A stretch of DNA of 64,000 bases from Candidatus Latescibacterota bacterium (GTDB lineage: Bacteria > Latescibacterota > CBDEFO01), in NCBI GenBank assembly GCA_965248755.1, contig OZ252149.1, positions 1,344,001 through 1,408,000 on the forward strand, given 5' to 3'. Under the pieces are notes generated by a model. The model searched no databases. It was not told where the DNA came from and worked only from the letters and a program-made list of their open reading frames with translations. Positions 39,832-50,365 of this stretch are shown piece after piece (within the stretch, counting starts at the first letter, position 1; every line of letters begins with the position of its first letter). The position numbers were made by a program, and so were the translations under genes.

Positions 39832-41817
39832 TCAGAAGACCCCGAGCGGATTGAGCCTCATCCCTGTGAAGTAATCTATCGTGAGCCACGTCGCTGCCAC
39901 GACCATCTGCCCTAAGATCAGACCCAAAAAGAAAGGTCGAGTCTTTCTGAATACTGCAGCGCCGCCGTACTTGATTATGATCACCTTGAAGAACCACGCC
40001 AAGAAGACATTAAGCCACATCTGATTTATTAAGTAAACGGGACTGATCACGTAGCCGATGGGATGGATAGGCCACCATATAAAGCGGTATCGGAGAAAGC
40101 TCAAAAGGCCCATAACAGATGCCCCTATGCCGGTGGCTATCCATCCTCCGATGTTGGGAGTAAGGGCCCCTGCTACCCTTGAGGTTATGTAGTCGAACGG
40201 TTCTCGCGGAGCCCCGCCAAAAAACCAGGAGTAGAGGTTGATTCCGCCTTCCTGGTATGCAATTTTTAAGACCATCCACATCGATCCTGCCAGGCTCACG
40301 ACGATGGAAAGCATCATCGCCCAGAAGAGCGGCCTTCTATTACCTTGGACCACATTGATCAACTTGAGCCCGTTGGCGCACGAAGCCATGACGAACGTCC
40401 TCAACTCACCGTGCCAGGCGTGTGTGTACGCCAGCGCGACCAATCCTTTAGGTCCTAAAACTGTGGTCCCAAGCCCCGATACCACGAAGTCAGAACCCAG
40501 TATAGGCGGCCGCATATCAGGCATCCCTCCCTCTGATACTACCCGAGTCATTCCTATAAAGATAACAAAGGCAACAAAGACGAATATGGGGACGATCCAG
40601 AGGGGCATTCCGGTAGTCCACAGCCAAAAGCCTATAAAAAGGAGCCCTAAAACCATGCCGAAGAAAGCGGTCCGGTAAGATAGAATCTCGTCCGAGTCGT
40701 CCACGTTTGGGTCGTTCTTGAATGCCTTCCTGAGGACGCCCTTTAGGTGCTCCCGACCTGTCCACAGTCCTAACATGACAAAGACTATTATAGCTCCCAT
40801 GCCCTGATGGAGCAGGTACGGTGACGAGGCCCAGGTGTAAGCATAGAGGCTCATTATCTGGGGGCTGTGGAAACCTATTATTTTGAATATGCCGTGCTCC
40901 ACGTTGGCCAACAGGGAGAAGGACCAAATCGCAAGGGCGATGTCGCGGGGTATAAGATAGACGAATCCTATAATATGAAAGCGGAGATCGAAATGAATGT
41001 TGATTGCGTTGCGAAACATGGACATATTGGCGAAAAGGTCTATATCTGGAACGAACGGATAGTACCCATGGAGGGCATCTACACTGTCTATGACAAAAGG
41101 GATGGCAAATCCAAGCCACATAACGGGGCTTTTGAAAAATGGCGCAAGATAACCACTCTTATCGTCCCTTATCATTTCCATAGGTGTCTGAATCAGCGGA
41201 TAGATCACCCTTTCCCTCTCTACCCACTGCCTCCTTAAGATCACCATTATGCATATCATCACAAAATAAAGGACAATGGCAAAGGAAGACCAGTACAAAA
41301 GGGGCCTAATCCACATCCCCCAGGGTATCGTCTCTCCCGCAGGAAGACCTTCGTAGAAATATTTAATATACTCTGGATCTCGAGGGGAAATCCAGTCAGG
41401 GATATACGGATGGATCAGATTCACCCAGTCGTTCTCAGGTGTAGCGTAGTAGTATACACCCACGATTGCCGGAAGTAGGTGTTCGGTGAGGCCTACAGCC
41501 ACTATGGACGAAGCTACGATCATCATAATGTAGATCGTAACTAACTCGGTGGATTCAAACTCGATTCCCCTTTTGGTCAGCTTCAAAAGGGTGTTTACTA
41601 TCCCTACGAAGATAAATAGAAGGAAGAGAGCTCCACCGGTGCTGAACGTACCAGCCATCCAGGAGCCCATGATCAGGGAATCGCTGTATGGGGCGGCTAT
41701 GGATATGAAAAACGAGAGTCCTGCTCCCACAACGAAAGATCTAACGGTAAAACGTCGAGGCGGTCTGTCCTGGCTAACGGTACGATCAGTCTTGAAATCC
41801 TCAGTCCTTGTCCCCAT
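39832..41817 (-). CDS. DUF6785/DUF6784-like multi-pass membrane protein (putative transporter), copy 2
   Basis: ILRRQWVERER..YP, WWPIHPIGY, PFFLGLILG; near-identical to the adjacent gene. Confidence 0.75.
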   Translation of the reverse strand: MGTRTEDFKTDRTVSQDRPPRRFTVRSFVVGAGLSFFISIAAPYSDSLIMGSWMAGTFSTGGALFLLFIFVGIVNTLLKLTKRGIEFESTELVTIYIMMIVASSIVAVGLTEHLLPAIVGVYYYATPENDWVNLIHPYIPDWISPRDPEYIKYFYEGLPAGETIPWGMWIRPLLYWSSFAIVLYFVMICIMVILRRQWVERERVIYPLIQTPMEMIRDDKSGYLAPFFKSPVMWLGFAIPFVIDSVDALHGYYPFVPDIDLFANMSMFRNAINIHFDLRFHIIGFVYLIPRDIALAIWSFSLLANVEHGIFKIIGFHSPQIMSLYAYTWASSPYLLHQGMGAIIVFVMLGLWTGREHLKGVLRKAFKNDPNVDDSDEILSYRTAFFGMVLGLLFIGFWLWTTGMPLWIVPIFVFVAFVIFIGMTRVVSEGGMPDMRPPILGSDFVVSGLGTTVLGPKGLVALAYTHAWHGELRTFVMASCANGLKLINVVQGNRRPLFWAMMLSIVVSLAGSMWMVLKIAYQEGGINLYSWFFGGAPREPFDYITSRVAGALTPNIGGWIATGIGASVMGLLSFLRYRFIWWPIHPIGYVISPVYLINQMWLNVFLAWFFKVIIIKYGGAAVFRKTRPFFLGLILGQMVVAATWLTIDYFTGMRLNPLGVF

Positions 41818-41910
41818 AAATGGACGGTCCTCATCGCTTTGACGCGATATATAAGCTACTATGGAATGCACCAGTTGCTTGTATTTGCAGGTGTCTTGGC
41901 GTTATTTTCT

Positions 41911-43896
41911 TCAAAATTGCCCGAGCGAATTGAGCGTCATCCCTGTGAAGTAATCTATCGTCATCCACGTCGCTGCCACGACCATCTGCCCTAAGATCAG
42001 ACCCAGAAAGAAAGGTCGAGTCTTTCTGAATACTCCAGCGCCGCCGTATTTGATCAGGACCACCTTGAAGAACCACGCCAAAAATACGCTAAGCCACACC
42101 TGATTTATTAAGAAAACGGGGCTGATTACATAGCCGATGGGATGGATAGGCCACCATATAAAGCGGTATCGGATAAAGATCAAAAGGCCCATAACAGATG
42201 CCCCTATGCCGGTGGCTACCCATCCTCCGATGTTGGGAGTAAGGTCCCCTGCTACCCTTGAGGTTATGTAATCGAAGGGTTCTCGCGGAGCCCCGCCAAA
42301 AAACCAGGCGTAGAGGTTGATTCCGCCTTCCTGGTATGCCATGTTTAAGACCATCCACATCGATCCTGCCAGGCTCACGACGATGGAAAGCATCATCGCC
42401 CAGAAGAGCGGTCTTCTATTCCCTTGGACCACATTGATCAACTTGAGCCCGTTGGCGCACGAAGCCATAACGAACGTCCTCAACTCACCGTGCCAGACGT
42501 GTGTGTACGCCAGTGCGACTAATCCTTTAGGTCCTAAAACTGAGGTCCCAAGCCCGGATACCACGAAGTCAGAACCCAGTATAGGCGGCCGCATATCAGG
42601 CATCCCTCCCTCCGATACTACCCGGGTCATCCCTATAAAGATAACAAAGGCAACAAACACGAATATGGGGACGATCCACAGGGGCATTCCGGTAGTCCAC
42701 AGCCAAAAGCCTATAAAAAGGAGCCCTCCAGCCATGCCGAAGAAAGCGGTCCGGTAAGATAGAATCTCGTCCGAGTCGTCCACGTTCGGATCGTTCTTAA
42801 AAGCCTTCCTCAGAACGCCCTTTAGGTGCTCCCGACCTGTCCACAGTCCTAACATGACAAAGACTATCATAGCTCCCATGCCCTGATGGAGCAGGTACGG
42901 TGACGAGGCCCAGGTGTAAGCATAGAGGCTCATTATCTGTGAGCTGTGGAAACCTATCATATTGAAAATGCCGTGCTCCACGTTGGCCAACAGGGAGAAA
43001 GACCAAATCGCAAGGGCGATGTCGCGGGGTATAAGATAGACGAATCCAACAACATAAAAGCGGAGATCGAAGATAATCCGAGTTGTGTTGTGAAGTATGA
43101 ACATGCTAGTGGAAAGGTCAATATCCGGAACGAACGGGTAGTAGCGATGGAAAGCCTTTGCGCTGTCTATGAAAAAAGGGATGGCAAATCCAAGCCACAG
43201 AACGGGATTTTTGAAAAATGGCGCAAGATAACCACTCTTATCGTCCCTTATCATTTCCATAGGCGTCTGAATCATCGGATAGATCACCCTCTCCCTCTCT
43301 ACCCACTGCCTCCTTAAAATCACCATCATGCATATCATCACAAAATAAAGGACAATCGCAAACGAAGACCAGTACAAAAGTGGCCCCATCCACATCCCCC
43401 AGGGTATCGTCTCTCCCTCAGGCAGACCTTCGTAGAAATATCTAATATACTCTGGATCTCGAGGGGATATCCACTCGGGGATATATGGATGGATCAGATT
43501 TACCCAGTCGTTCTCAGGGGTAGCGTAGTAGTATACACCGGCGCTGGCAGGAAGGAGGTGTTCGGTGAGACCTACGGCCACTATGGACGAAGCTACGATC
43601 ATCATAATGTAGATCGTAACTAATTCGGTGACTTCAAACTCGATTCCCCTTCTGATCAGCTTCAAAAGGGGGTTTACTATCGCTACGAGAATAAATAAAA
43701 GGAAGATTGCTCCACCGGTGCTGAAGGCGCCAGCCATCCAGGAGCTCATGATAACGGAATCGCCGTATGGTGCGGCTATGGATATGAAAAAGGAGAGCGC
43801 TGCTCCCACAACAAAAGATCTGACGGTAAATCGTCGTGGTGGTCTCTCCTTCTTAACGGCATAATCGGTATTGAAATCCGTAGCTCTTATCTCCAT
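41911..43896 (-). CDS. DUF6785/DUF6784-like multi-pass membrane protein (putative transporter), copy 1
   Basis: Same motifs; tandem duplicate. Confidence 0.75.
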   Translation of the reverse strand: MEIRATDFNTDYAVKKERPPRRFTVRSFVVGAALSFFISIAAPYGDSVIMSSWMAGAFSTGGAIFLLFILVAIVNPLLKLIRRGIEFEVTELVTIYIMMIVASSIVAVGLTEHLLPASAGVYYYATPENDWVNLIHPYIPEWISPRDPEYIRYFYEGLPEGETIPWGMWMGPLLYWSSFAIVLYFVMICMMVILRRQWVERERVIYPMIQTPMEMIRDDKSGYLAPFFKNPVLWLGFAIPFFIDSAKAFHRYYPFVPDIDLSTSMFILHNTTRIIFDLRFYVVGFVYLIPRDIALAIWSFSLLANVEHGIFNMIGFHSSQIMSLYAYTWASSPYLLHQGMGAMIVFVMLGLWTGREHLKGVLRKAFKNDPNVDDSDEILSYRTAFFGMAGGLLFIGFWLWTTGMPLWIVPIFVFVAFVIFIGMTRVVSEGGMPDMRPPILGSDFVVSGLGTSVLGPKGLVALAYTHVWHGELRTFVMASCANGLKLINVVQGNRRPLFWAMMLSIVVSLAGSMWMVLNMAYQEGGINLYAWFFGGAPREPFDYITSRVAGDLTPNIGGWVATGIGASVMGLLIFIRYRFIWWPIHPIGYVISPVFLINQVWLSVFLAWFFKVVLIKYGGAGVFRKTRPFFLGLILGQMVVAATWMTIDYFTGMTLNSLGQF

Positions 43897-44142
43897 CTAC
43901 AGGTCTTACTGAGGCAAAAAAGAATGAACAGCCACGACCTTCCAGATAAACTGCTGTCCAATCAATGGCGGGCGTTTGGGAGGGCTTTATTATTGTCCAG
44001 AGCTTCTTAATACACCCATACAGAGAACATAACCACGCATCTCAGCGATATCGCTAGAATAACTTATCTACGAGGATTCAGTTCTTATACTTTCGACACC
44101 ATAAGATATTGGGGTGACCCACCCGGTTACCTGGGAAACCAT

Positions 44143-44200
44143 AAAAAAATCGCGCTCTATGCCCGGAGCAGTGACCCTAAGTGCTGGAACATAGAGCGCC
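44143..44200 (-). terminator. Probable terminator after the PhyH gene
   Basis: GCGCTCTATG..CATAGAGCGC stem followed by a T-run on the - strand. Confidence 0.55.
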
Positions 44201-44235
44201 AGGATCACGTGGATATCGAACTGTCGGGGAGCAGA

Positions 44236-45081
44236 TCAGACCACCGTATTTTCCACTTCGTAGTAGTGGTTGACTCCCGGGACCTCCCTCATGCCGTGCC
44301 ATACGCCCCTGAAGAGGGTCTGTCTCTTTGCTGGCATGGCCTGAATCACTTCGAGCGGCGGGCGACCCTTGCCCCATTTGGAGTTGACCGTGTCGTAGCA
44401 GGTAAACAAACACAGCCGGTCCCGCTCCTCGTTGTTCCACAGCGTTCCGGAATGACACAACGACTCCGTAAAGATCACGGCCGACCCAGCCGGGCAGGTG
44501 TAGGTCTCCCACAACTCGCTGTCGCGGTCGCTGACTTCCTCAGGCCTTGAAAAGGCTGCCTTGTGGCTGCCCGATAGAAAGAGGGTCCCGCCGTCATCCG
44601 GAGCCACCTCGTTGAGTTCCCAAACTACCCGCGTCAGACCCGAGTGCACCTTGCCGGGCAGCATCTGGTATATGTGAGAGTTGCCGCGGAAATTAAAGTA
44701 ACCGCCACCGCCGTGGGGTGCATAGTTGTCGTTCCCGGCCTGGCGGTGGCTCGTATAGGTATGGTCGTAGCGGAAGCCGTAACACTCTTCGGTAGCCAGG
44801 GCTTGGCAGGAGAGAACTTCGTTGAGTACGCCCACCACAGCGGGATGATCCAGCAACACCTGTGACGGTCCACCGTGGTTGTCCCTCTCGTGTGGTGGCA
44901 GCTCATCTCGCTGCTTCAGGAATTTTATCTGATGTTCGCGAATGAGTTGGAGTTGCTCCTCGTCGAGCAAGCCGGGCAGGGCTATCCAGCCTTTGATATC
45001 GAACGTGTACCTCTGCCCATCTGTCATCGGAATGACCGGAAGACCGTCAGCGTTAGTAGTGGGAAGCAGCAATTCGGACAT
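44236..45081 (-). CDS. Phytanoyl-CoA dioxygenase (PhyH)-family protein
   Basis: FD.KGW, HGGG, DGGT.FL.GSHK, AGSAVIFTESLCH. Confidence 0.82.
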   Translation of the reverse strand: MSELLLPTTNADGLPVIPMTDGQRYTFDIKGWIALPGLLDEEQLQLIREHQIKFLKQRDELPPHERDNHGGPSQVLLDHPAVVGVLNEVLSCQALATEECYGFRYDHTYTSHRQAGNDNYAPHGGGGYFNFRGNSHIYQMLPGKVHSGLTRVVWELNEVAPDDGGTLFLSGSHKAAFSRPEEVSDRDSELWETYTCPAGSAVIFTESLCHSGTLWNNEERDRLCLFTCYDTVNSKWGKGRPPLEVIQAMPAKRQTLFRGVWHGMREVPGVNHYYEVENTVV

Positions 45082-45378
45082 GGTTATCTCCAGTAGTTTG
45101 TAAATCACATTGTTGTAGGTGCCAATTCTTATTGGTGGTTCCGGGAACTACCATCGCCTTTGTCCTTCCTTTTTCTTGTCTTAGCCATCACTTGCTCCTT
45201 TTTTGACAGTTACTTCAAGATGTTCTTCTCCTGTCCCTACTCTGCCTGCGCTCATCCAAACGTGAGCTCTGAAACCTTGAACTTGATGAACTGGCTTCCC
45301 GGAATCTTGTGTTCTGACGCGCTAAAGCGGTTCGAGAGCCTCAGGATTGAGCCTTGAGGTTCGAATTGTGAACACTCC

Positions 45379-46692
45379 TCAGCCATTTAGCCCGTCGTAG
45401 AACCAAGAGATGGGCAAGCCCACACAGATACCTGTTCTCATACCTCGCCACTTTGCGGCGGGCAGGTCATAACCCATCTTGCCATCCTCTTCAATCATAT
45501 AATAGGCTCGCTCTATGCACAGGTAGCGGATGATGACTACATCCTTGCAGATAGACACTAACGGATATCTTCCTTCGAGATTGTTCAGAGATATCCGGGG
45601 TGAGTGTTCCATAGCTCTATAGTACCGGATGGGTGGAGGCTCGACGTGGGTGATGTCGCTTTCTTTCAGGCAGACGATGTTCCTTCCACGGTTCCATGTG
45701 GCCCCGCCGTCTTTGCTGATGGCACAGGATAGGCGGTGACGCTGCAGTCCCATCTCAATCTCATCTGCAGATGCCTGGTTCCAGATGACCAACAGATCAT
45801 CGGTTCCGGGGATCCTGACCAGCTCCGCTGGCGCCCTTGAGGAAGCCAACGTTGTGGGCTCTGGCTGTGACCAGCTTGTGCCGTTGTCTTGAGACCAAGA
45901 CTGATATAGACGTCCCAGGGGCGTCCTCAGAATCATCATGAGATGTTCTGGGCTGACCTCAGCAACCACAGGCTCCTCGCAGGAATAGTGTCCGCCGGCA
46001 CTATAATCCAGGGTTACAAAGAGTTGTCCGCCATGCTCCCCAATCCCCATTCCCTCGTTTGTCTGCCAGGTCTCACCCTCGTCATCGGAATAGTAGACCC
46101 AGCAATAACACATATGGTTTTCGAAACCGTGGTAACCTACCAGAACGGTGCCGTCGCCAAATAGAGCCCGACCTTTCTGCCGAAGAAGGTTGCCGATATG
46201 AGTGTAGACAGAAACGACTATACGGCCCGTGCTGGTGACAATAGCCCCGTACATCGCTGCTTTGTCAGATGGCTGTGAGACCCTTATGGGCTTGGACCAA
46301 GTCTTTGCCTCGTCATCGGACCGGAAAAACCAGTTACCTACTCCAAATTCTTGATCGGATCGCCCCGCAAAGAATCCACCGATGCCACCCGACTTCAACC
46401 GTACAAGACTCTCAGCATACCCCTCCATCGACTGCCCCTCTGCATCGAGCATGGGTTCAGGTTCGCTCCAGGTCTTTCCGCCATCAGACGAAGTGGCCCG
46501 ACCCAATAGAGAGTTGGTGGCTACAATGTAGTTTCCACCGCTTTGGGCCGAAACATTCAGTAGGCTCCCGTCCTTCAGTTCGATCATGCCTCCTTCGTGT
46601 GGGATATGACCGACATGGAGGAACAAGCTCTCTTTGGGTACACATGAACGAACTTTGCTTACGAAGTCCGGATCTATATTTGCATTCTGCAT
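45379..46692 (-). CDS. BNR/Asp-box sialidase-like protein
   Basis: SSDGGKTW, SDDEAKTW, SDDEGETW, SQDNGTSW, SKDGGATW. Confidence 0.82.
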   Translation of the reverse strand: MQNANIDPDFVSKVRSCVPKESLFLHVGHIPHEGGMIELKDGSLLNVSAQSGGNYIVATNSLLGRATSSDGGKTWSEPEPMLDAEGQSMEGYAESLVRLKSGGIGGFFAGRSDQEFGVGNWFFRSDDEAKTWSKPIRVSQPSDKAAMYGAIVTSTGRIVVSVYTHIGNLLRQKGRALFGDGTVLVGYHGFENHMCYCWVYYSDDEGETWQTNEGMGIGEHGGQLFVTLDYSAGGHYSCEEPVVAEVSPEHLMMILRTPLGRLYQSWSQDNGTSWSQPEPTTLASSRAPAELVRIPGTDDLLVIWNQASADEIEMGLQRHRLSCAISKDGGATWNRGRNIVCLKESDITHVEPPPIRYYRAMEHSPRISLNNLEGRYPLVSICKDVVIIRYLCIERAYYMIEEDGKMGYDLPAAKWRGMRTGICVGLPISWFYDGLNG

Positions 46693-46794
46693 ACTTACTG
46701 TCTCCTCTTTATATTTACTGTCTGCTTGTTGTCCTTTTAAGCAAACTTTCTGGACCACTTTACTTTATTGGATCATCAACCCCGCTTGGCCATC

Positions 46795-46905
46795 ACCTGA
46801 TTCGCCGTCAGCCCGCAGATGTGGCCACCGCGGCGCGTCGTAACTACGTCACGCCCGTCACAAAGCGGCCAATGTTCTGCGGTTGCGCCATTGCGTCAAA
46901 GGCCG
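46795..46905 (-). pseudogene. Flavin reductase N-terminal remnant
   Basis: AFDA...IGRFVTGVT / VTTRRGGHICGLTAN (frameshifted). Confidence 0.6.
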
Positions 46906-47054
46906 TTCTCCTTTCCACGTTCTTGTGTTCAGATTGTCGGAAGTTCCGCCCTGATTCTATCACATTCCTAAAGAGCCTCAAGGAACTGCTCTTCAGTCAC
47001 CGGTGCCATCTACATATATTCCTTTAAAAGAATAATCCGCGTGTATTCTTACGT

Positions 47055-47840
47055 CTATCGCATGTGCGGAGGCTCCATCACTGCACGCTGCTGCTCTGTC
47101 ATGTCCAGAATATAGTCGGGGAACGAAATTTCGTAGTCGCCAGCGCTGAAAGCCTGAAACCCAGGACTGAACTTGTAAAGCAGCGCGCGCCGCTGGTGCT
47201 TTCCCTTCCACGGCAGCGCGCCGTGCGTCAGGGTCTCCGTGAAAATTACCGCGTCGCCCGCTTTAACGTTGGCCTCCATTACATACTGCTGATACTTCTC
47301 ATAAAACTTCAAGCTCTGCGGGCAGGGGAGGTTCGCCTTGTGGCTGCCCGGAATGAACGCCAGTCCGCCATCTCCCGGCCCTTCGTCTGCCAACATAAAC
47401 TCCACAACTGTTAGCCCGCAGTAGATGCACCCGTTCTTGAAGGAGTAAGCCTCCGAAAAGCTGGGGCTCTCTACACCACCGCCGTGCAGGCGGTGGCCCT
47501 CGGTGCCTTGGTCCATCGCAATTACGCCTGGCCCATGATCCAGCCGATAGCCCTCTCCCAGGATGCCATTGAAGTAGGGCACGATGCGCGGGTGCACCAG
47601 AATGTCCCGGAACGGTTCACACCATGGACGCTCCCATGCCAGCATTCCACCAATATCCTTCCGGTGTGAAGTACCTCCCAATGTCTTAGACTCAAACGCT
47701 AGCGATCTGGGGTACTCCGTAAGTTGGTCAATGTGGTGGTCGATGGCGGCGTTGCAGGACTCCACCTCCTCGGGCGTCAGCACCTCTGGGATGATGAGAT
47801 AGCCCGTCAGGTCGAACAAATACTTTTCGTCGTCGGTCAT
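47055..47840 (-). CDS. Phytanoyl-CoA dioxygenase (PhyH)-family protein
   Basis: KYLFDLTGY, LHGGG, GDGG..IPGSHK, AGDAVIFTETLTHG. Confidence 0.85.
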   Translation of the reverse strand: MTDDEKYLFDLTGYLIIPEVLTPEEVESCNAAIDHHIDQLTEYPRSLAFESKTLGGTSHRKDIGGMLAWERPWCEPFRDILVHPRIVPYFNGILGEGYRLDHGPGVIAMDQGTEGHRLHGGGVESPSFSEAYSFKNGCIYCGLTVVEFMLADEGPGDGGLAFIPGSHKANLPCPQSLKFYEKYQQYVMEANVKAGDAVIFTETLTHGALPWKGKHQRRALLYKFSPGFQAFSAGDYEISFPDYILDMTEQQRAVMEPPHMR

Positions 47841-48003
47841 GACACTCCAGCTCCTTATCGGCTTCAAGATAGGTATGTTATCCCTCACTGTCTAAACTTC
47901 TGCTGGCACAGCACTACTCAGGCTGAATTCGCGCCGGGCAAGCATCTACCGGACCAAAAGACTGTAGCTTGTGTTCAGTATTATTCTTGTCCGTTGATCT
48001 TCG

Positions 48004-48219
48004 TCAGTCTTGCTCTGCAAGCTTCACATACTTTCCGTCGTGGAAGATAAGCGGTTGGCCGTCGCTCACATAGCCCGTTATGATCTTTCCAATGAAGAAG
48101 TCATGGTCGCCGCCCCGCAAAACTTCGACCACCTGACAATCTACGAACGCCAGTTCCTCTTGGATGATCGGGTAGATCGGAAGCGTGACCAGGATTATGG
48201 TCTTCGTGCTCTCGAGCAT
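48004..48219 (-). pseudogene. Flavin reductase C-terminal remnant
   Basis: PII.E.LAFVDC.V..GGDHDFFIG.I..PLIFH.GKY; N-terminus absent. Confidence 0.7.
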
Positions 48220-48949
48220 GACTGAACCGATCCGCGATGTTGTTTGAACTTGTGGGAAATCTCCTTTCCAGGGGAAACCAGCCGCGGCATGGCGCGTGTC
48301 CCATACAATGCCCCTCCCCCTTTTGAGACAGCGGACAGATTACTATGCTCTGGGTGATAAAGTACGGAACTTTCAAGATTTGTCAAGAGAAAAGGAAGTA
48401 TCATAAACAGGAAGTTTATGCGAACGATGAGTTTATAGCGTGGGGCCCTTTGGTTGGATAGTTCGGTATACCGATGCAACCGAGGGAACTGGACTTTGAA
48501 CAATCGAACCAGTTTCTTAAACCGGATCTCGGGTTTCTCTACAGGATATTGAAAAGCTCTCCGCCGGTCTGATAAAACTACGGTTTTTTCAAACTGGAGT
48601 CATCTCTCAAGTTCCTTACCGTATACCATTACACCAATCTGGTTGATACCCTCATTACGACTTAACCTTGGGTACTCTTATGTAGGGATACTCTATAAGG
48701 GATTCCATGTAAAGCTGTTTCCGGCTCCCAAGATGTCACCTGAGAGATGCTCGGCTAACAGGCTATACACAGCATCTTTGTGGGGTGGAGGAATAGGCCA
48801 AGTGACGGAGACAGATCGAAAGAAGGCAAATGCTGTCTGGCCCTGACTGTGGTAGTGTGGCCGTTCATTTCCGCCCATTCGTAGGATCGGTTCCCACTTT
48901 ATAAAACGCTTGAAATGTAAGACTTCTCTTTGCCTGATCTCCAGACCGC

Positions 48950-49810
48950 TTAATCTCCTGGAGGAGAAACGTCCACGGGTACCCAGATATTCGGGTCAAA
49001 AGGAGCCAGGTAGTAATCGACGAAAAAGTCCGCGTTGCGGTTCAACTCTGTCTGGCCGCTGTTCGCCCAGAAAGCGTAGTCAGTTGGGAGGTTATCGCTG
49101 TCTATAACGGCAAAGCCTACTCCGATTATGGTGCCCTCTTCATAGGTATGTATTACGCTGTCATCAACACTCCTAAAATCTATATCGTCAAATCCCATGA
49201 AGTATGTCTCCACATTCAGCGTTCCTGGTCCGCCTGCTTCACCTTGAAAGGTCCAGCGCAGGTCGGCATAAGGAGGCAAGCCGGCCCACGAGGCCGTCCC
49301 CCAAAACCAGATCGGATCCTCTCTTTTCAGAAAATAGTGATAGTTTTGCGCCTGAGCTGAGTTGTACCTGTCGGGATCCAGATCGAGATCTTGCATGAGC
49401 TGGTACTGTCCTCCGCTGTGGTCAGCATCGATGACCCACTCGAGCATCTCGTAAATGTCTTCTGATACTTGGTAAAGAGAGACATCGTCGTACCTATCCT
49501 CCATCGTATATATCAGGTTGGTCACCGGACTCCATCCTACGATTATCCTTTCGGCAAGGCTAGAGGAGTCCGGATCCCCCAGGCCCCTGACAGTCTCTAC
49601 CAGATCGTTGTGCGTCACCCAGAGCGAATCAGGAACGTTAGCCCATTCGCTGAGGTCACCGTCTACCTTAATGTTCTGGTACTTATCGGTGCCAATAGGC
49701 ACCTGGACAGCAACGAAGGTCCTATCTGACCGCAGATGAGCAGAACCCGTGCTGATCGTAAACAGCACAGATACTAACATCGTGAATATCGCAATGTTTT
49801 TGTCTGTCAT
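48950..49810 (-). CDS. Exported DOMON/CBM9-like sugar-binding domain protein
   Basis: Signal peptide; IKVDGDLSEW, IDADHSGG, IG.GFAVID.D. Confidence 0.6.
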   Translation of the reverse strand: MTDKNIAIFTMLVSVLFTISTGSAHLRSDRTFVAVQVPIGTDKYQNIKVDGDLSEWANVPDSLWVTHNDLVETVRGLGDPDSSSLAERIIVGWSPVTNLIYTMEDRYDDVSLYQVSEDIYEMLEWVIDADHSGGQYQLMQDLDLDPDRYNSAQAQNYHYFLKREDPIWFWGTASWAGLPPYADLRWTFQGEAGGPGTLNVETYFMGFDDIDFRSVDDSVIHTYEEGTIIGVGFAVIDSDNLPTDYAFWANSGQTELNRNADFFVDYYLAPFDPNIWVPVDVSPPGD

Positions 49811-49849
49811 GATATCCTTTCATTGAGAATGATTCACCGACAAAAAGGT

Positions 49850-50040
49850 ACACGATTCCCTTATAATATCCTTCGGCGATCCACTTGGCCCCTGCCTCCG
49901 GCCCTGAGGCAGTCGTTCCGAACGGCGCCCCCTGGTTCGGGCACAGATCTAGGATCCCACCCATCGCCTTTTTGAGATACGGGTGATCGTATTCACCGGG
50001 ATAGCCATCCATATAGAAGAGTGATAGGGTCCCACATACG
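49850..50040 (-). pseudogene. HpcH/HpaI aldolase-like C-terminal remnant
   Basis: GYPGEYDHP..KKAM..IL..C...G.PFG...A.KWI.EG. Confidence 0.5.
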
Positions 50041-50365
50041 CAACGTCCAGGTAGTGATGCAGGCATCGCCTGACCATTCAGCCGAGCAGGCAGTCGCCGG
50101 ATTTGAGTCTGCGCTTGAAGGATCGCCCGAGGGAGTAGGATCGTTTGTGCAGGTACTGCAGCCGTTACTTTCGAGACCGTGGGTTTATGCGTCCATTGAA
50201 AACCTGGTTCAGCTCGGCAGAGAAAACCGGCAGTACGTCATGCTGAGTCCTGCCCTGAGCAAAGTCGAACGGACAGCAAAGTATCTAACTCATCAAGGTC
50301 CAGATAGTTGGCTCTGCTCAGGATGTCAAGCGCCGAGGCGCTTGCTCCCAGCTCCATTAGATCCA

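Noticed and set aside
48400..48940. Short ORFs upstream of the flavin reductase remnant
   Set aside because: No motifs or consistent frame; treated as eroded sequence.
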